This document shows positions 39,858 through 56,000 of a stretch of 64,000 bases of DNA, in pieces. The stretch lies in contig CM035358.1 of NCBI GenBank assembly GCA_020137815.1, forward strand, positions 1,426,001 to 1,490,000, read 5' to 3'. The notes beneath the pieces were generated by a model. That model saw only the letters and a list, made by a program, of their open reading frames with translations. It was not told the origin of the DNA and did not search any database. Every line of letters begins with the position of its first letter. Within the stretch, counting starts at the first letter, position 1. The position numbers and the translations under genes were made by a program. The DNA comes from Hormiphora californensis. Taxonomy: Eukaryota > Animalia > Ctenophora.

Positions 39858-42448
39858 TTATCTTCTGTGTCTCATGCTCCCATCCCATTTAGGGAGTGGG
39901 ACATCAAGGAACTGGGTCATGTTGTACCCAAATAATACCGCGTCATCCCTGTACAGCTGGGCTAAAATCTTCCGTTGGGCGAAGGGCAGGGTTTTCAGTA
40001 ATCGTAGTGCTTCATCTCGAGATTTCGTTGAAGTCTGAAACGGGTTTGAAGTTCAGTGAATATTGTTTTGCATCGGAAATACCAAATTAGTCCTGGTCAG
40101 AAGTCCCGAGTGATATAATAGGCCCAAGGTTAATCATAATGAATGTTAATTCACCTCTCTGAAGAACTTTTTAGGCACGAAATCCTGGATTTTCAGATAC
40201 TCCAAAAGGTATTCTCCCTCTCTTTTCTGTTCCTCAAAGTGCCCCAACATGTTGTACTCGACATGACATGGTCTACACAACACACTGGCGGGTATCCAGT
40301 GCTCATTCATCTCCTCAGGGATTCTGTAAAAACAATAATTTGTATTAGTAAACGAGCTGTAATGGGCTAAATTGCTTCTCTAATTACTCTATAGGTTCTG
40401 TAAACACAGGGAGGGATAACGGGTCAACAAAGGAATGGAATAATGTCATGGGCCGTGTTGCATTACTTTCTCAAATTTTGTCTCATAATAAGACTGTCCT
40501 CTCGCGAAAGATATTACAGTACAGTGCCTGCAGACAACTCAAATTGCAATCCATCTAGTATCCGTTTATCCTTAAGTCTTAGTTTAGTGGAGGTTTTTGG
40601 GAAAATTTAACTACCCAGAGTAATTATCTTTTGTATAATTGCTTCGAATTTGTTCATCGTGGGCGGGGGGAACCTGATCCCCTGTGAACTGGGCTGGAAT
40701 ATGCCCATATTAGGACATTTATTAAAGAGTTTTTCCGTAGGGCGAATCTTTCTTAGTGACGTCATCAACTATCTAACAGGTAATAACTACTGTATTATTT
40801 CGTTGTAACAGGTAATAACTATTAACTATTCATTTCTAAAGGAATAAATAAAGGAATATTATTGTGCAATATAACGCAGTACCAATTACCACATACTAGT
40901 AACTGCTCAGGGTGCTTATTTCTAGCAAGTTTTTCTTTAAATCGATGAACTATTTTTCAACTCACAGAAAAGCTAGTGATGTAGTCGATGTATTCATTGA
41001 ATGACACTGGAAAACCCCTCTCTAGATCTTGTGGAGTTATCTTCTCCTCAGGTCGGAATCTCCTGATTATCTGCCGGCCGTACTTGTGATGGAAATTCAC
41101 ATAATCAGATCTATGGGAGAGTGGGGAAGTGTGTTAAAGTTCTATTAATGAAACTGGCATATTTCGAATGAAGCTCTTTATCTATTTTCTATCAAAGGAA
41201 GCTCCTTCCTTTTTAATTATCGTGAACGCTGGGAAAACGGAAATATAGAAACTCCGGGCAGTTGTCATCATATGTAACTTCCCCATGTCAATTTTATACT
41301 GTCTCAGCGGGATGCCTGACCACTCGAACCCTCTCCTCATGAGAGAAGATCAGCGTGATGCCTGACATATTCAATTTATATACCTGTTCTCTTTTGAGTG
41401 ATGCTGGAATTTATCTCTCCAAGCGCTGACAAGTCGGACAAGGGGATCACGCACAAATGTAAACGTATAATAGTCCTTCAACCTGTGAAACGATAAATAA
41501 ATTATGTCATGCAGCTAATACGGGACAGACCGACAATTATAGGTTGCCTAAATATTTCTGTTTCCTGGGACACAAATATTTCGGGACTTTCAGAGCATTG
41601 GCCTGACAGTTTTGGGACTCACACTCGTAGAGCATTTATAGTTGAAAGATCACTGATTCTCCTAAACTGGTGATCGTAGTGTGGGAATATTGATTTGATA
41701 TCCTTGTCCTCATATTGTGCTACCCCACTAGTTTTCAATATCACTTGTTTCCACTCTGTACACGCTGCTTTGGGTACACTGCAGTACACGAACCTGTAGG
41801 AGGGGCTCTCAGTCACGACACATACCCTGTCAACATGAGACTAAACATGCGAGTCATGTCATGAGTTCTGCTGGAATAGTGGTACAAATTGTTCGCACAC
41901 GTATAAATCGCAAAGTTATTCCTACTTGTGTCGGTGATCCACAAACAGTCGGTTGTACAGTTCCGCTTTTTGATAGGTCGACAGGAAGTGAGGCTGGTAC
42001 GTTCTACCACACCGGGCTGATATCTAGGTAGAGGTACTGTGTGTTCATGGGTACTTCATGTTGAAGATAAGAATTGGTAAAATTGACCAAGCCCCCCTGC
42101 CCTTTCTTTACTATTTTACTAATTTTCGTAGCCGAATTAAGAGTTTTTAAACAACATACCCTTTCGTGCCTCTCAAGCTGAGAATTCACGACATAAGGAT
42201 GATCTTTGGGCATTAACCTGAGCCGTCCTCCATCTGTCATTTCTGCCATTTCTAAAAAATAGAATTTGATTGGAGACTGAAGAGGTCGATCGAAGAAGAC
42301 CTTTTTATTTGTTTTATACGAACATACCTCTAAGAAAGACCCATAGAAAGTTCCCAATGACCAAAGCAGCAAGAAGAAACACTGAGACTCCCAGGCATTT
42401 CAGCACTCGAATCATCGGTCTTGATAACCCTGCCCGCCAGTTTACCAT
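39858..42448 (-). CDS. Golgi carbohydrate sulfotransferase (CHST8-14/HNK-1ST family)
   Basis: N-terminal TM (LGVSVFLLAALVIGNFLWVFL), 5'-PSB YCSVPKAACTEWK, 3'-PB FVRDPLVRLVSAWRDKF, NEHW...LCRPC, C-terminal LYRDDAVLFGY; multi-exon. Confidence 0.92.
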
Positions 42449-43062
42449 GCCAAAATAACTATCTAAATTAGGGAATAATATTGTCAATCTCGAACAGCAA
42501 ATTGAAATCGAACATATCATCTAGATTTGATTAATTAATTGGCAGGAATTTATTATGAATCACCTTCGTGTTTAGTTTCAAATTAGTTTCATCAGGCTAT
42601 GTCATCGTTCCGCTGATAACTAAAAATATAATGAATTCATTACACGTTCCCTTCAAATCTTTAAACCCACGGTGTTCATAACATATATTTTAAAGCAGGC
42701 CGAGTACAAGAATCACTGTTTCAAATAGGGTGAGCATGCAACTAAAAGTATCAGCTTGAATGATCTTATCATGATATCCTAGCACATATAATTTTCAAGA
42801 AGCTGCACCCTTGGTGATATAATGATCATGTACTGCATGTACAAGACGCTAGGGTGGCTAACAAAAGGGAGAGAACTGCTAGAAGGTATCATATTTCTAG
42901 CCGACAACAACAGCAGCAGTAGCGGTACCATACGCCCCGAGAACAATCTATTAAGATTTATTAGAGCTGCAGTACCTGGCGATGTATGTGCCGCCGCTGT
43001 AGTTATATTAACAACGGCAACATCGTGATCTGGTTCTCACAGTAGGGGGTATACACTGGGAT

Positions 43063-43149
<87 letters not shown>

Positions 43150-43582
43150 TCCTGTTACAAGCTGCCGATAGCTTGTATACCACATCCTCAAGCATGAAAA
43201 CTGTTCACTATACAATCGATACTTTGCAATTGAGAGACACAAATCAGAAAGATAGAGACTGGGAGAGACTGAGCGAGCTAAAGAGAGAGAAAGAGAGAGA
43301 GGAAGGAGAGATCATACCTTTGAAAAGTGAAAGAGGGCGGAAGTTTAAACTGTTCCCACACAATACAGCTTATTCTATCATCACCGATCCATTGGATAAG
43401 AACAGTGTGATTGTTCTCAGTTCTCACCAGTCATTTAACTGGTGCTGATAGATCAATTGGAGCTTTGTGTGCATTGGTGGGCGGCCACAACAAATTACCA
43501 CACATGGGGATGCAGCTGCACTGCTCCAAAAATCAGATATACTACAAAAACACAGCACACGCATACACAAACTACTGCCGCG

Positions 43583-43675
<93 letters not shown>

Positions 43676-44545
43676 TGGTGCGTACACATGTTACAAGCCG
43701 AGTGTTGCGGCGGAGGGGGGAAACACAGTTTCCTGCGTATATACATCACGTGACAGAGCACGTGACTAAAACGGGCACGAGCTATGTGTATGTGTTGGCA
43801 TAGACCAGAAAGCACAGGGCTTCCGCTTAGTTATGCGGGGTATGATTATAAATCGGACATCATGCCCGATAACCGATTTGGCCATTTCAATTGTATTTGG
43901 GACTTGAAGTTGAAGAAACGATATTAGAATTCATAGAGGTCCTCATATCACTCCTCAGTGTGTTCTTTATTTGTAGTGCAGTGCATTCGAATACACTATA
44001 TTCTCACTGTAGTTTATTCTCACTGACGAGCCGTGAATTCGGTGAAGCTTCATAATTTGCACTTCTCCCACCTCCTCTTCTACTAACAATGTACCAGTAC
44101 AGGCTCTGAACTCTGAAGTAGCAACCTCTAATCTATGAAGTAGCAATATGTTATTGCGGCCACCATCCCCATCGGATCCCTTACAAGAGATTTCAATCTC
44201 AGTGCAGCTCTTCTATCCACAAATGAGCTACCAACGATCTATCAACAGAACTAACTTATCAGGTACGTTGTGAGAGGATGAGAGAAACACACACGCATCA
44301 TCTTCTTGTATGAGAAGATCGACGATCGTACACTAGCTGGAGTAGTGTACCTTGTTCTCATTTTATTTCTCGAGGTGTCTGGCATGTCAACCTACTAGCC
44401 TTTGATCTGGTACTGCTGTTCATGTCTACCAATCATTTGACGGCTAGGTCTACCGATAATCTGAGTGCTGGGCCTGGGTAGGTTTAGTTTTTGCTATCAA
44501 ACCGCCGTTAGTTTTAAACGCAACTGCTTTCTAGTGTCTGATATA

Positions 44546-46594
<2,049 letters not shown>

Positions 46595-47051
46595 ACATTT
46601 GGTTCCGTACAACCATGATAAATAGTAACCGTGATAGTTCGCCTCCTAAGATTCACGGTAAACACCGGGCGATACAGGATCACATCGTTCCCAGTACCGA
46701 CTTTTAGACGGGTGAAGGTCATCGGACAACCCAGTGAGACAGTTCAAAACAGCGAATTAAATTGTTTGTGTAACTAATTGTGTAACTTATAAAAATTGTC
46801 ATAAACAATAGATTTAGTCAAACTAATACAGCTGATTACTCTCGAGTGTATAACATTTTGGTAACAAGTTCCAAATCACTTTTGAGCGACATCACTTATT
46901 TTACACACACCTATAGCTATAAAATATAAATCTCTCTATTTAAAATCGAGAATTGAGTCCATTTAAAAATATTATATTATAAAATGTACAAATCATAAAA
47001 TGTTCTTCAATTAAATGTCCGTTTTTAAGGCTGCATCTACAACTTTGAAAT

Positions 47052-50000
47052 TCAGTTGTTATCAATGTCAATATCAGCAAAGACGTCGTTAGAAAACACT
47101 AATGCTGGTGTCAGATGTTCCCTGTTTGTTCTGTTCTTCTTTGCTCTGAAATACGGATTATTGGTTAGCCTAGGGTTGTTAAATATTACTACACCAGCTG
47201 CCTGACAAGGTACATATTAGTCATCCCCACTGCTGCAGTATCCTAACAGAAGAGACAAAGATCCAAAGAAGAGACACAGAAGATCCAAAGATCCAAACTG
47301 AACTGAGTGACGCCAAACAGTATTTTTTCAACAACAATGAACATCTGTATTACCTGATAGTTATGAAGATTCCGATAGAAGCCACCAGCACTACCACTAC
47401 AGCTGCAAATACAGCAAGACCAAGGAAGTTAAACCCGCTATCAGTATCTTGAACTTCATCTGAAGGGGAGAGGGGGGGGTAAGATGTTTCATATCTGGAT
47501 TCACGCCGCAAATGTGCTTTTTTCAGCCCCGTAAATCGCGGCGCTAATCAAGAATTCATTAGGCTACTTTTTGTTGGAGAACTTTTCTAAAGTGGGAATC
47601 GCATATTCAGCATGTTCTCACCTTTTTCACGTGTAGAGAGGATGAAGGGAGAGGAATGGGAGAGAACATGGCCACTTTGGACAACTTGGAGATCACTACA
47701 ATCCCAGAATCTGAGAACTTGTCCTTTCTGGATTTCCCCCTTCTTTCTCCTCTCGGCGGGGCTCCACACGGGTGTGGTGAAGTCAACTGAGTAGTATATC
47801 CTTACTTTCTGGGTGACGTCATTCCATTCACAACCAGTGTCGTTAGTGTTTAGTGTACAACCTGTGCAGATTAGGGGGGGGGGTTAGATGGAATCGAGAA
47901 GAAAACTGGGTTGGGGCAGCCGGCAGAGTTAGCTGTGTTGGGGCAGAGTGAGCTGGGTTGGGGCAGCCGGCAGAGTTAGCTGTGTTGGGGCAGAGTGAGC
48001 TGGGTTGGGGCAGAGTGAGATGTGTTGGGGCAGAGTGAGCTGGGTTGGGGCAGAGTGAGCTGTGTTGGGGCAGAGTGAGCTGTGTTGGGGCAGAGTGAGC
48101 TGTGTTGGGGCAGAGTGAGCTGTGTTGGGGCAGAGTTAGCTGTGTTGGGGCAGAGTGAGCTGGGTTGGGGCAGAGTGAGCTGTGTTGGGGCAGAGTGAGC
48201 TGTGTTGGGGCAGAGTGAGCTGTGTTGGGGCAGAGAAGAAAACTGGGCTGGGGAATCTCACTCTTGAATGAGCTGTGTGGATCACTTACTTCCGTCCTTT
48301 AGACAGGGGATGATGAGACGGGGTCCACACACGGTAGCATTTACATCTCGTAGGTTAGCCAACATTTTGGATCTCTCATACTGCCCATCTGAGTTTTCTG
48401 TACAAACCTGCAGTAAAATGTGACATTGGGTAACCGTTAATTATACATAATTAATTAATTAATTAATACACTAGTGAATAACACTTACTGAGTCAAGTCC
48501 CATGCTGCTTGGAATCTTGAATGTCTGATAATCAGAAGCACTTGGGATAGCTTTAATTATTCCACACGTAGCCAGCTTTCTGTGGCTTATAGAAACCCTC
48601 GGATTTAAAACAGGTTGAAGTTTTCTTGAATGAAGCCGTTTCTGTGGAAATTATAGATTAGATCTCTCGTTCGGTACACCTGATGCACTTGGAACTCATA
48701 TGAATTGAGCGACAAGCTCGAGTAATATCCCCCCAAAATCCCATGAAACCTATAACAAATACAACTCCGTCTATTCTAATATCACTCACCCATGAGCTTA
48801 TAGCGCACTGTAGAGTTATCAGGTGGGCACGATACATGAGCTATAGTAGAGCCATCCCAGGGATTTCGAGTGTAGTTTATCGAGACGCCTGGGTCTGCAG
48901 AGGGAATTAGAGAGGTTGTAATGAATGGGGCTGTAGTGCAGATTCAAAGATTGAAATTGTATTGGTCTAGGAAAAAAGGGGAGGGGTGCTAAAAAGTAAA
49001 TATTTAGTTTTGGAGCTGCTGATTGAACTAAGAATACATTGGACAATCCTCACAAAAGGTGTGAGCCACCCAAGATCAACCTACCATTCCCGTAGACCCC
49101 AATGTTGGCCTGAGTTAGACAATTGTAGTAGGTCGTGTAGTGCTTCTTCTTCCTAACAACTACTTCATTTCCATCCTGGTCCCTCAAACCAGCCTGGTTG
49201 ATAATTGGGGATTTAGTATAGCTATCAATCATGATCAAAATAATAACCTCCGGAGTCCGTAAATTCAATCACGAGATGAGAAGTTGTCATCACTTACACT
49301 GCATGTTAGGACACCTCCCTTGGTTGCCACATTAGCCCTCACCACTCTAAACACCCCTCTGTAGTTGTAGTAAGTTCCATCGAATTTAACACTCGGTTCT
49401 TCCTTCCTCACCACGCTACCCCCCGACCACTCCACCCTCGTCCAACTTGGCTTGTCTCCAGCCAGCATACTACACTTCACATGCACTTCATCCCCGACAA
49501 TCAAACCAGAAGTGCTGTTTGTGCTGTATGTTAAACTCTTAACTCCAGGCACTGTGATCCACACTCTGTTACTCCGCTTGGGGTTATTATACCAAAAACC
49601 TTTTCCAAAGAATCTGACGGTATTGCCATGGTAACGAGTGATTGTATCCTCAGGGTATTTGACAGAGCACCGTGTGGTGTCGTTATCACCAGGGCGAGAG
49701 TTGGGCGAGTAGATGGTGAGGATACTCTCACTCTTGAGGGCGTCATCTCCCGAGGGCCGTTGACGGATCTTAGACCTGAGATTAATAATGTTAGTAATTA
49801 GTTAATTAATTAATTAGTTACTTAATTAAAAAATATATATTTACAGACCTCTCTTCACTTGACTGAAAGATTAAATTTGACCGGAACGGGAATAGGAAGA
49901 AAACAAATCACACATCTCCTATTATTAGTTTACCTAATTACCTGAATACCTGAATCTCCTAGTAGTTTACCTGAATCGGGAAGGTTGCTCCCAGGTAACC

Positions 50001-53000
50001 TCCACCTTCCCAGTGATGTGGGGATACTGACAGGTAACAGGTGTTGCAGACCCAACTAGCCAGATATGGGATGACGCGGGTAGCACCTGAACCTCTGGCA
50101 GTACCTCGACCTTCATTATCTCGGAGAGGAACGAGGCTCCAGTCTTATCATCGGTGTAGTTACAGCAGAAGAATCGGGTGGACCCGGCCCATTCGCCGAG
50201 AGCGATAGTAAAGTTAGCCCCAACACTATTCCAATCGTTGAAGTCATCTTTCCATTCATAAGATACATTATGATACGAGGGATTTCTAGCATTCCATTTC
50301 TGTTCCAGAAGCTCTAGAGTCCCCTCTGGCCAGTGCTGCTGGCTCCTAAATTGACACTCCACGATCGCATCCGTCCAATAACTTTGCGTGACAATGTGAC
50401 TCCAAGAGGGGGCGACCCAGTAACCCATGACAACCAAGTTGGCAGGTTCAGAGCTGATCAATTCGGTTGAAAAGAGCATGTGGCACCTGACCTCGCCTCG
50501 GAGATCGAAGGAAGCGTTCTGAAGGGTAAACGTAGTAGTGATGATGGAGTTGTTAGTTGTTGTTGTAGTGGTCCCGTCCAGGATTCGGCGGCCGTCTCGA
50601 TATAGGTCACCATTTGACATGAGTTTCTGAAAATAAACAGTTGTTAGTATCGTATAAACTGGGTTGTAACTATTATCATCCCCATTATACACTGACTAAA
50701 CCAGCGACTCCTAAACACCTTTAAACCAATTGTTACTAAGCTAGCGAGTAGCGACTAAACCACTGAGTATAATAACTGAGTGATTACAGCTGCCCAATTG
50801 AGTTAACTCACCGTGTTGTTGACAGTCCAGTAAACACTATACCGGGGAACACTAGGACACCCTTCTAAACCTGCACAGGAACTCTCCCCGCTCCGTATTG
50901 TTGCCCGTAGTACCACTCACAATCGTCACATTTTCAGGCTCCTCTATCAACAAATCCTCAGGGTACAACCCGACCTAGCTGGGAGTGAGGTGATTCCACA
51001 GTATTACACCCGTACCCCACAGTTGACCTTGCAGTACATGTTCCCGTAGTTGTAGGATGGATCAGCCCGGATCGTCCACTGGTAGATTGAGTTGTGGTGG
51101 GGTTTGTAGGTAGGTATGTAGTTTATTAGTGTCAGTTCATCCACCTATAATAGGAGGGGGGGTATGTAGTTTAGTGTCGTTCATCCACCTGTATGAGGGG
51201 GTATTACACGTCTCTGATCGGGGTAATACGGGGGGGGGGGGGTAACACTACCTAAAGATTCGTCAAAATCAAATAGTAGGGCTGGGGAACGACCAGCTCC
51301 CATATTTGCTCTCTTACCACTCGACGTTAGAGATATCCTTGGTTGTAAGATCACACCGTAGTTCCACAGTAGACTGTCCTAGTAACACCACTCCGTCCCG
51401 TGTTGACATGCTGAATTGTACACCTGGGAGAGGGATGTGGGATGAAAAATAGATGAAAACCTGAATTTATTGAGTAACCTTTACTTTCTAGAGTAATTAC
51501 TGATATAGACTTAAAAATTTGCTTCAATTTTCAATCGTGTATTGATTATCGAGACACTCACCTATAGGCTCGATTCTGAACGTATCACTAACGTTATGTC
51601 CACCCACAGTAAACACGCAACTGCCAAAACCTCCCTTCTTCGCTCCGAACTCTCCCCTTCCAGTATATCTACCATTACCAAGATCCTCTACCGTTCCGTT
51701 CACACTATATCCTCCAGGAGCATCAAATGACACACTACTGGGCGCGGCAGCGCTGGTAAGGGTGCAAGATACAGCTCCACTCTCATTGAAGTAGTTGTAG
51801 GAAACACACCGCTGATTTGAATTCACCGTCACCTTGGTAACGGTTATCGGGGAAACTCCCGGGACAATCATCACTCTGGCATTGTTCCAGAAACCAAACT
51901 GGCACGTGTAGTTTCCAGTGGCCCAGCCTTGTTTCAGTGTGATGTCACTCTTGTACTGGAGATATTTATCATCCGCACTGTTGGAAGATCTTGATATGAC
52001 ATGATTGTAGATAATCGCCATATTTTCATCGGATTTTATATCCTCCCCATTTGGATTTCTCCAAGTGACCATTTGAGGTAACTTAGCCGCGTTCTTGACA
52101 TGGATTGTGTAGGAGAGTTCTAACACGGGTTCGGTTACCATGACAACTGTATCACGTGCCGTTGCTAGGTAGGTAACAACATCCGTTACCCCTGTTAACA
52201 CATCACCATCCTGGAACGTGTTAACACACTTCCATGTCCCATAGTGGGTGTTATTGAATGACCAGGTTAGCCCCTCTTGATAGGCGCCCGAGACCATGAG
52301 TTTGTAGTTGGCAGGGTGACTGTTGCTTAGGAACCATTCTTGTTTGGTGGGGGTGTCAAGGGAGTTGACCTTACAGGGCAGTGTATGGTTTGTATTGATG
52401 TCAGTCCATTACAATGTTCACTCTATCTTCCATCTTTTCCAGCCCTGTAGAAATAAGTAGCGGTAATTGAACCAAAGGTGACCAGATTAGAGTTTGGGTA
52501 ACCATAGAAACTGGCAAGCGATACTTCAGTTGCTGCACGGTATCCAGGAAAGCTGAAGAAGAATTAGGGCAGCTAAACACTAACCTCTAACAATAACCAA
52601 GGTCGGACTAGATTCCATATCTTTGTTCCGTCCTTCAATCTTCCATCCACACTTGTAGGTCTCATCATGGACTCCAGTGGTTTTAAATCTTAGATTAGTT
52701 GATGCTTGCATTGTCTGGACGTTGTAGCTCACTTTGGAGATACCGTATTCAGCATCGTCTACATCACCATCCAGAGAGACCCAACTATCGACACCATCCT
52801 CTGTTTGTTTCTGAGGGGGGAGGGATAATTAAAGGAATAAAACCAATAGTGAAAATTGGGTATGCGAAGGGGTTGAAATGCGTTGAGCTAGAGCTTAGGA
52901 ATATGAGCTTGAGAAGGAGAGAACTTAGGACAAACTATACCTAACTTATATCAAGTAAAACTAAATTGCTAATTACTAATTATTAATTAATAATTACCTT

Positions 53001-56000
53001 ATACCAGGTGGAACTCTCGGGTGCTTGTTGCCCTGTGTAGACGCACTCCAGTTGTACATGCTCCTTTATGTTATGAACAAAGTACGGATTGGGCTGCTTA
53101 ATCACCACACCTATATGGAGAATTGGACTCGTAACCATGGCAACAAGCTTCAGAACCACAGTTTGAAGTAACGGGTGGGAAACACTTTGCCATGGCAACA
53201 TGGGTATGTTTTTCTGGCTAATTAACAGTTGATTAAAGTAATTAATTAGAAGTAAAGATAGAACATGATAACATACTATTTCTATAGAGTTGGGTAGTCC
53301 GTTCATCAGTCCTGTCATGAGAGAACTGCACATGACACGTGTAAGTCCCCTCTTGACCACTTTGCATGGATAACAGTCGGAGAGTGTGGGTTCTCACGTA
53401 GTCTGGGCTTTCTACCATCGACATTTCAACCTAGAGTAATTATGGGGGTGAACCACATTTTATGTAGAAACTATGTAATTTTTGCCAAAACTAAACGATT
53501 TCCAGTAGTAAGTTTCCAGTAGAAACAGTGTTTTCTATTGATGGGGTACCTTGCTTGGTCACATTGATACCTGAGTGAGATCGACGTCGCGCGCGACTGA
53601 GATCGATCTCACATATTCTTCGCGGAGTGAGAATATGTTGCAATGGACCCAAGTACCTTGCCAGGCTGATGTTCAACGTTCTCTCCATCTCTATCAATCC
53701 AGGTTACATTAGGGTGCCCCTCTACTGACCACACCACACACTTCATTACTCCGTTATAGTCGTCATCCATAAAACTCTCTCCTGATAATATGATAATGTG
53801 TGGTTGGGGTAGTTGCTAAGGGCACGAGTCTCTTGTTAAACAGTTGCCATGGGCGGTGTGCGGACTCTAGTGCTACACTCTAAGTCTACAGTGGACTCTA
53901 TATCTAAATTTAGATTTAGATAAAGAGTCCAAATAAGTCTAAACTCTAGGAGGACTCTATCTCTAAAAAGTCTAAACAGGGCGGACTCTTTATCTAAAAA
54001 GTCTACAAAGAGCGGACTCTATATCTACATAAATCTAAATTAGACATAGAGTCCGCCATTCTCAGCGAACTCGAGATTTCGGCCGTTAGGCCGGAAACGA
54101 GAGTTTGCTGTACCTCTATACTAATTGAGAAGTGTTAGGGCCATTATTTGGGTTCGAGGTTAGGGTTAGGGTTATGGTTAGGGTTAGGTTTTGGGTTGGT
54201 TTAGGATTTTAGACATAGAGTCCGGGTTGGGGGATTTGGCGCCAAAATGTACCAGGGGACTCTATGTCTAAAAAGTCTACACAGTGCGGACTCTATATCT
54301 AAAAAGTCTACACTGGGCGGACTCTTTATCTAAATTTTTTTCAAAGTCTAACTGTAGATAAAGAGTCCGCTTTTAGATATAGAGTCTGCCTTGAATTTAG
54401 ATAAAGAGTCCGTTAGCACTAGAGTCCGCCCACCGCCATGGGCACGAGTCTCTTGTTAAACAGTTGCCATGGGCACGAGTCTCTTGTTAAACTGTTGACA
54501 TGGAGTTCAAGCCCATGGTGAAAAACAAAAAGAGAACAATGTGATACACCACTAACCTTCCATTTCAATCCCACTCGCATTAACAATGGCGGTACTGGTG
54601 ATATTCCATAACTCGGGGGCCTCCCAGACAACATTGCAACTAAGATTACCAACATAAGAGGGGCCGTTTGATACTGTTATCTCTTTCTCTGTCTCACCAT
54701 CTGTAGAGGGGTGATCATTGAGTGTCTGAGGATCTTGCTTTTGTTTCAAACTTTTCAACACTACTTTAAGGGTACACCTGGCGTTTTTCATCATCGAGTG
54801 CCCAACCAAATGACTTAACCAAGGTTTAAGCCATACAAAATGGACCTCAAATATGCAATTTTAGCCCTAAAGTCGAATTCATATTTTTGCTACAGCCTAT
54901 TTTCAAAGTGGCGTTTTTTCAATTTTTGTTGGAATTTTTAACCTCAGGACCATTTTTTTTGAGATAGAAACATTAAATTCTTGGAATTTGAAGAGAATAT
55001 AAAGGTGAATAAGCCCAAAGAAGGATTTTTGAAATGGAGCTTATTTCTGGCCATGAGAAGGGTTTACTTTTTTGCTTCTTTGACACGCTGGCTGAGAATG
55101 TTCCCATGCTTCATTAGAGATGAAAATCTGGAAATAGTTGCTCAAAACGATAATCTATGTAGCCCAAAAATTTTGGAACTTTCCCGCCAAAGATGCGGTG
55201 TACAGAGCTTGTTTTGTGAAACCCGTCTTTTTGAAAAAGAGGGAAATTCCCCGTATCTCAAAAACGGATGATCGTAGAGACCTGGGACCAAGCTTAATCG
55301 ATTCAGAAGGTCCGATTTTGGGGGGGTCTTCTGAGAGACATTTTGCTCCTACTCCAACCGTTTTTGCTGTAATTGCGAAAAAGGTATCAGCAAGTAAGGG
55401 GGAAATCAGCCCGAAGTAGGCTACTGGAATAGAGTTGTTCCCCCTTTTCATAGAATTGGTTTTTTGCAATTACAGCAAGAACGGTTGGAATAGGAGCAAA
55501 ATGTCTCTCAGAAGACCCCCCCAAAATCGGACCTTCTGAATCGATTAAGCTTGGTCCCAGGTCTCTACAATCACCCGTTTTTGAGATACAGGGAATTCCC
55601 CTCTTTTTCAAAAAGACGGGTTTCACAAAACAAGCTCTGTACACCACATCTTTGGCGGGAAAGTTCCAAAATTTTTGGGCCACATAGATGATCGTTTTGA
55701 GCAACTATTTCCAGATTTTCATCTCTAATGAAGCATGGGAACATTCTCAGCCAGCGTGTCAAAGAAGCAAAAAAGTAAACCCTTCTCATGGCCAGAAATA
55801 AGCTCCATTTCAAAAATCCTTCTTTGGGCTTATTCACCTTTATATTCTCTTCAAATTCCAAGAATTTAATGTTTCTATCTCAAAAAAAGTGGTCCTGAGG
55901 TTAAAAATTCCAACAAAAATTGAAAAAACGCCACTTTGAAAATAGGCTGTAGCAAAAATATGAATTCGACTTTAGGGCTAAAATTGCATATTTGAGGTCC

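Noticed and set aside
44023-44047. Hammerhead-like core CTGACGA-G-CCG..CGG-T-GAAG
   Set aside because: GAAG instead of GAAA, and no stem I/III partners or cleavage triplet found in the flanks.
48489-52444. Euplotes-style programmed +1 frameshifting in the Ig gene
   Set aside because: Shifts go in both directions, share no motif and are regionally clustered; indel error or decay is more parsimonious.
54981-55861. Mirrored ~95-aa ORFs as a transposase
   Set aside because: Short, alternative starts, no catalytic motifs; they arise from the palindrome.
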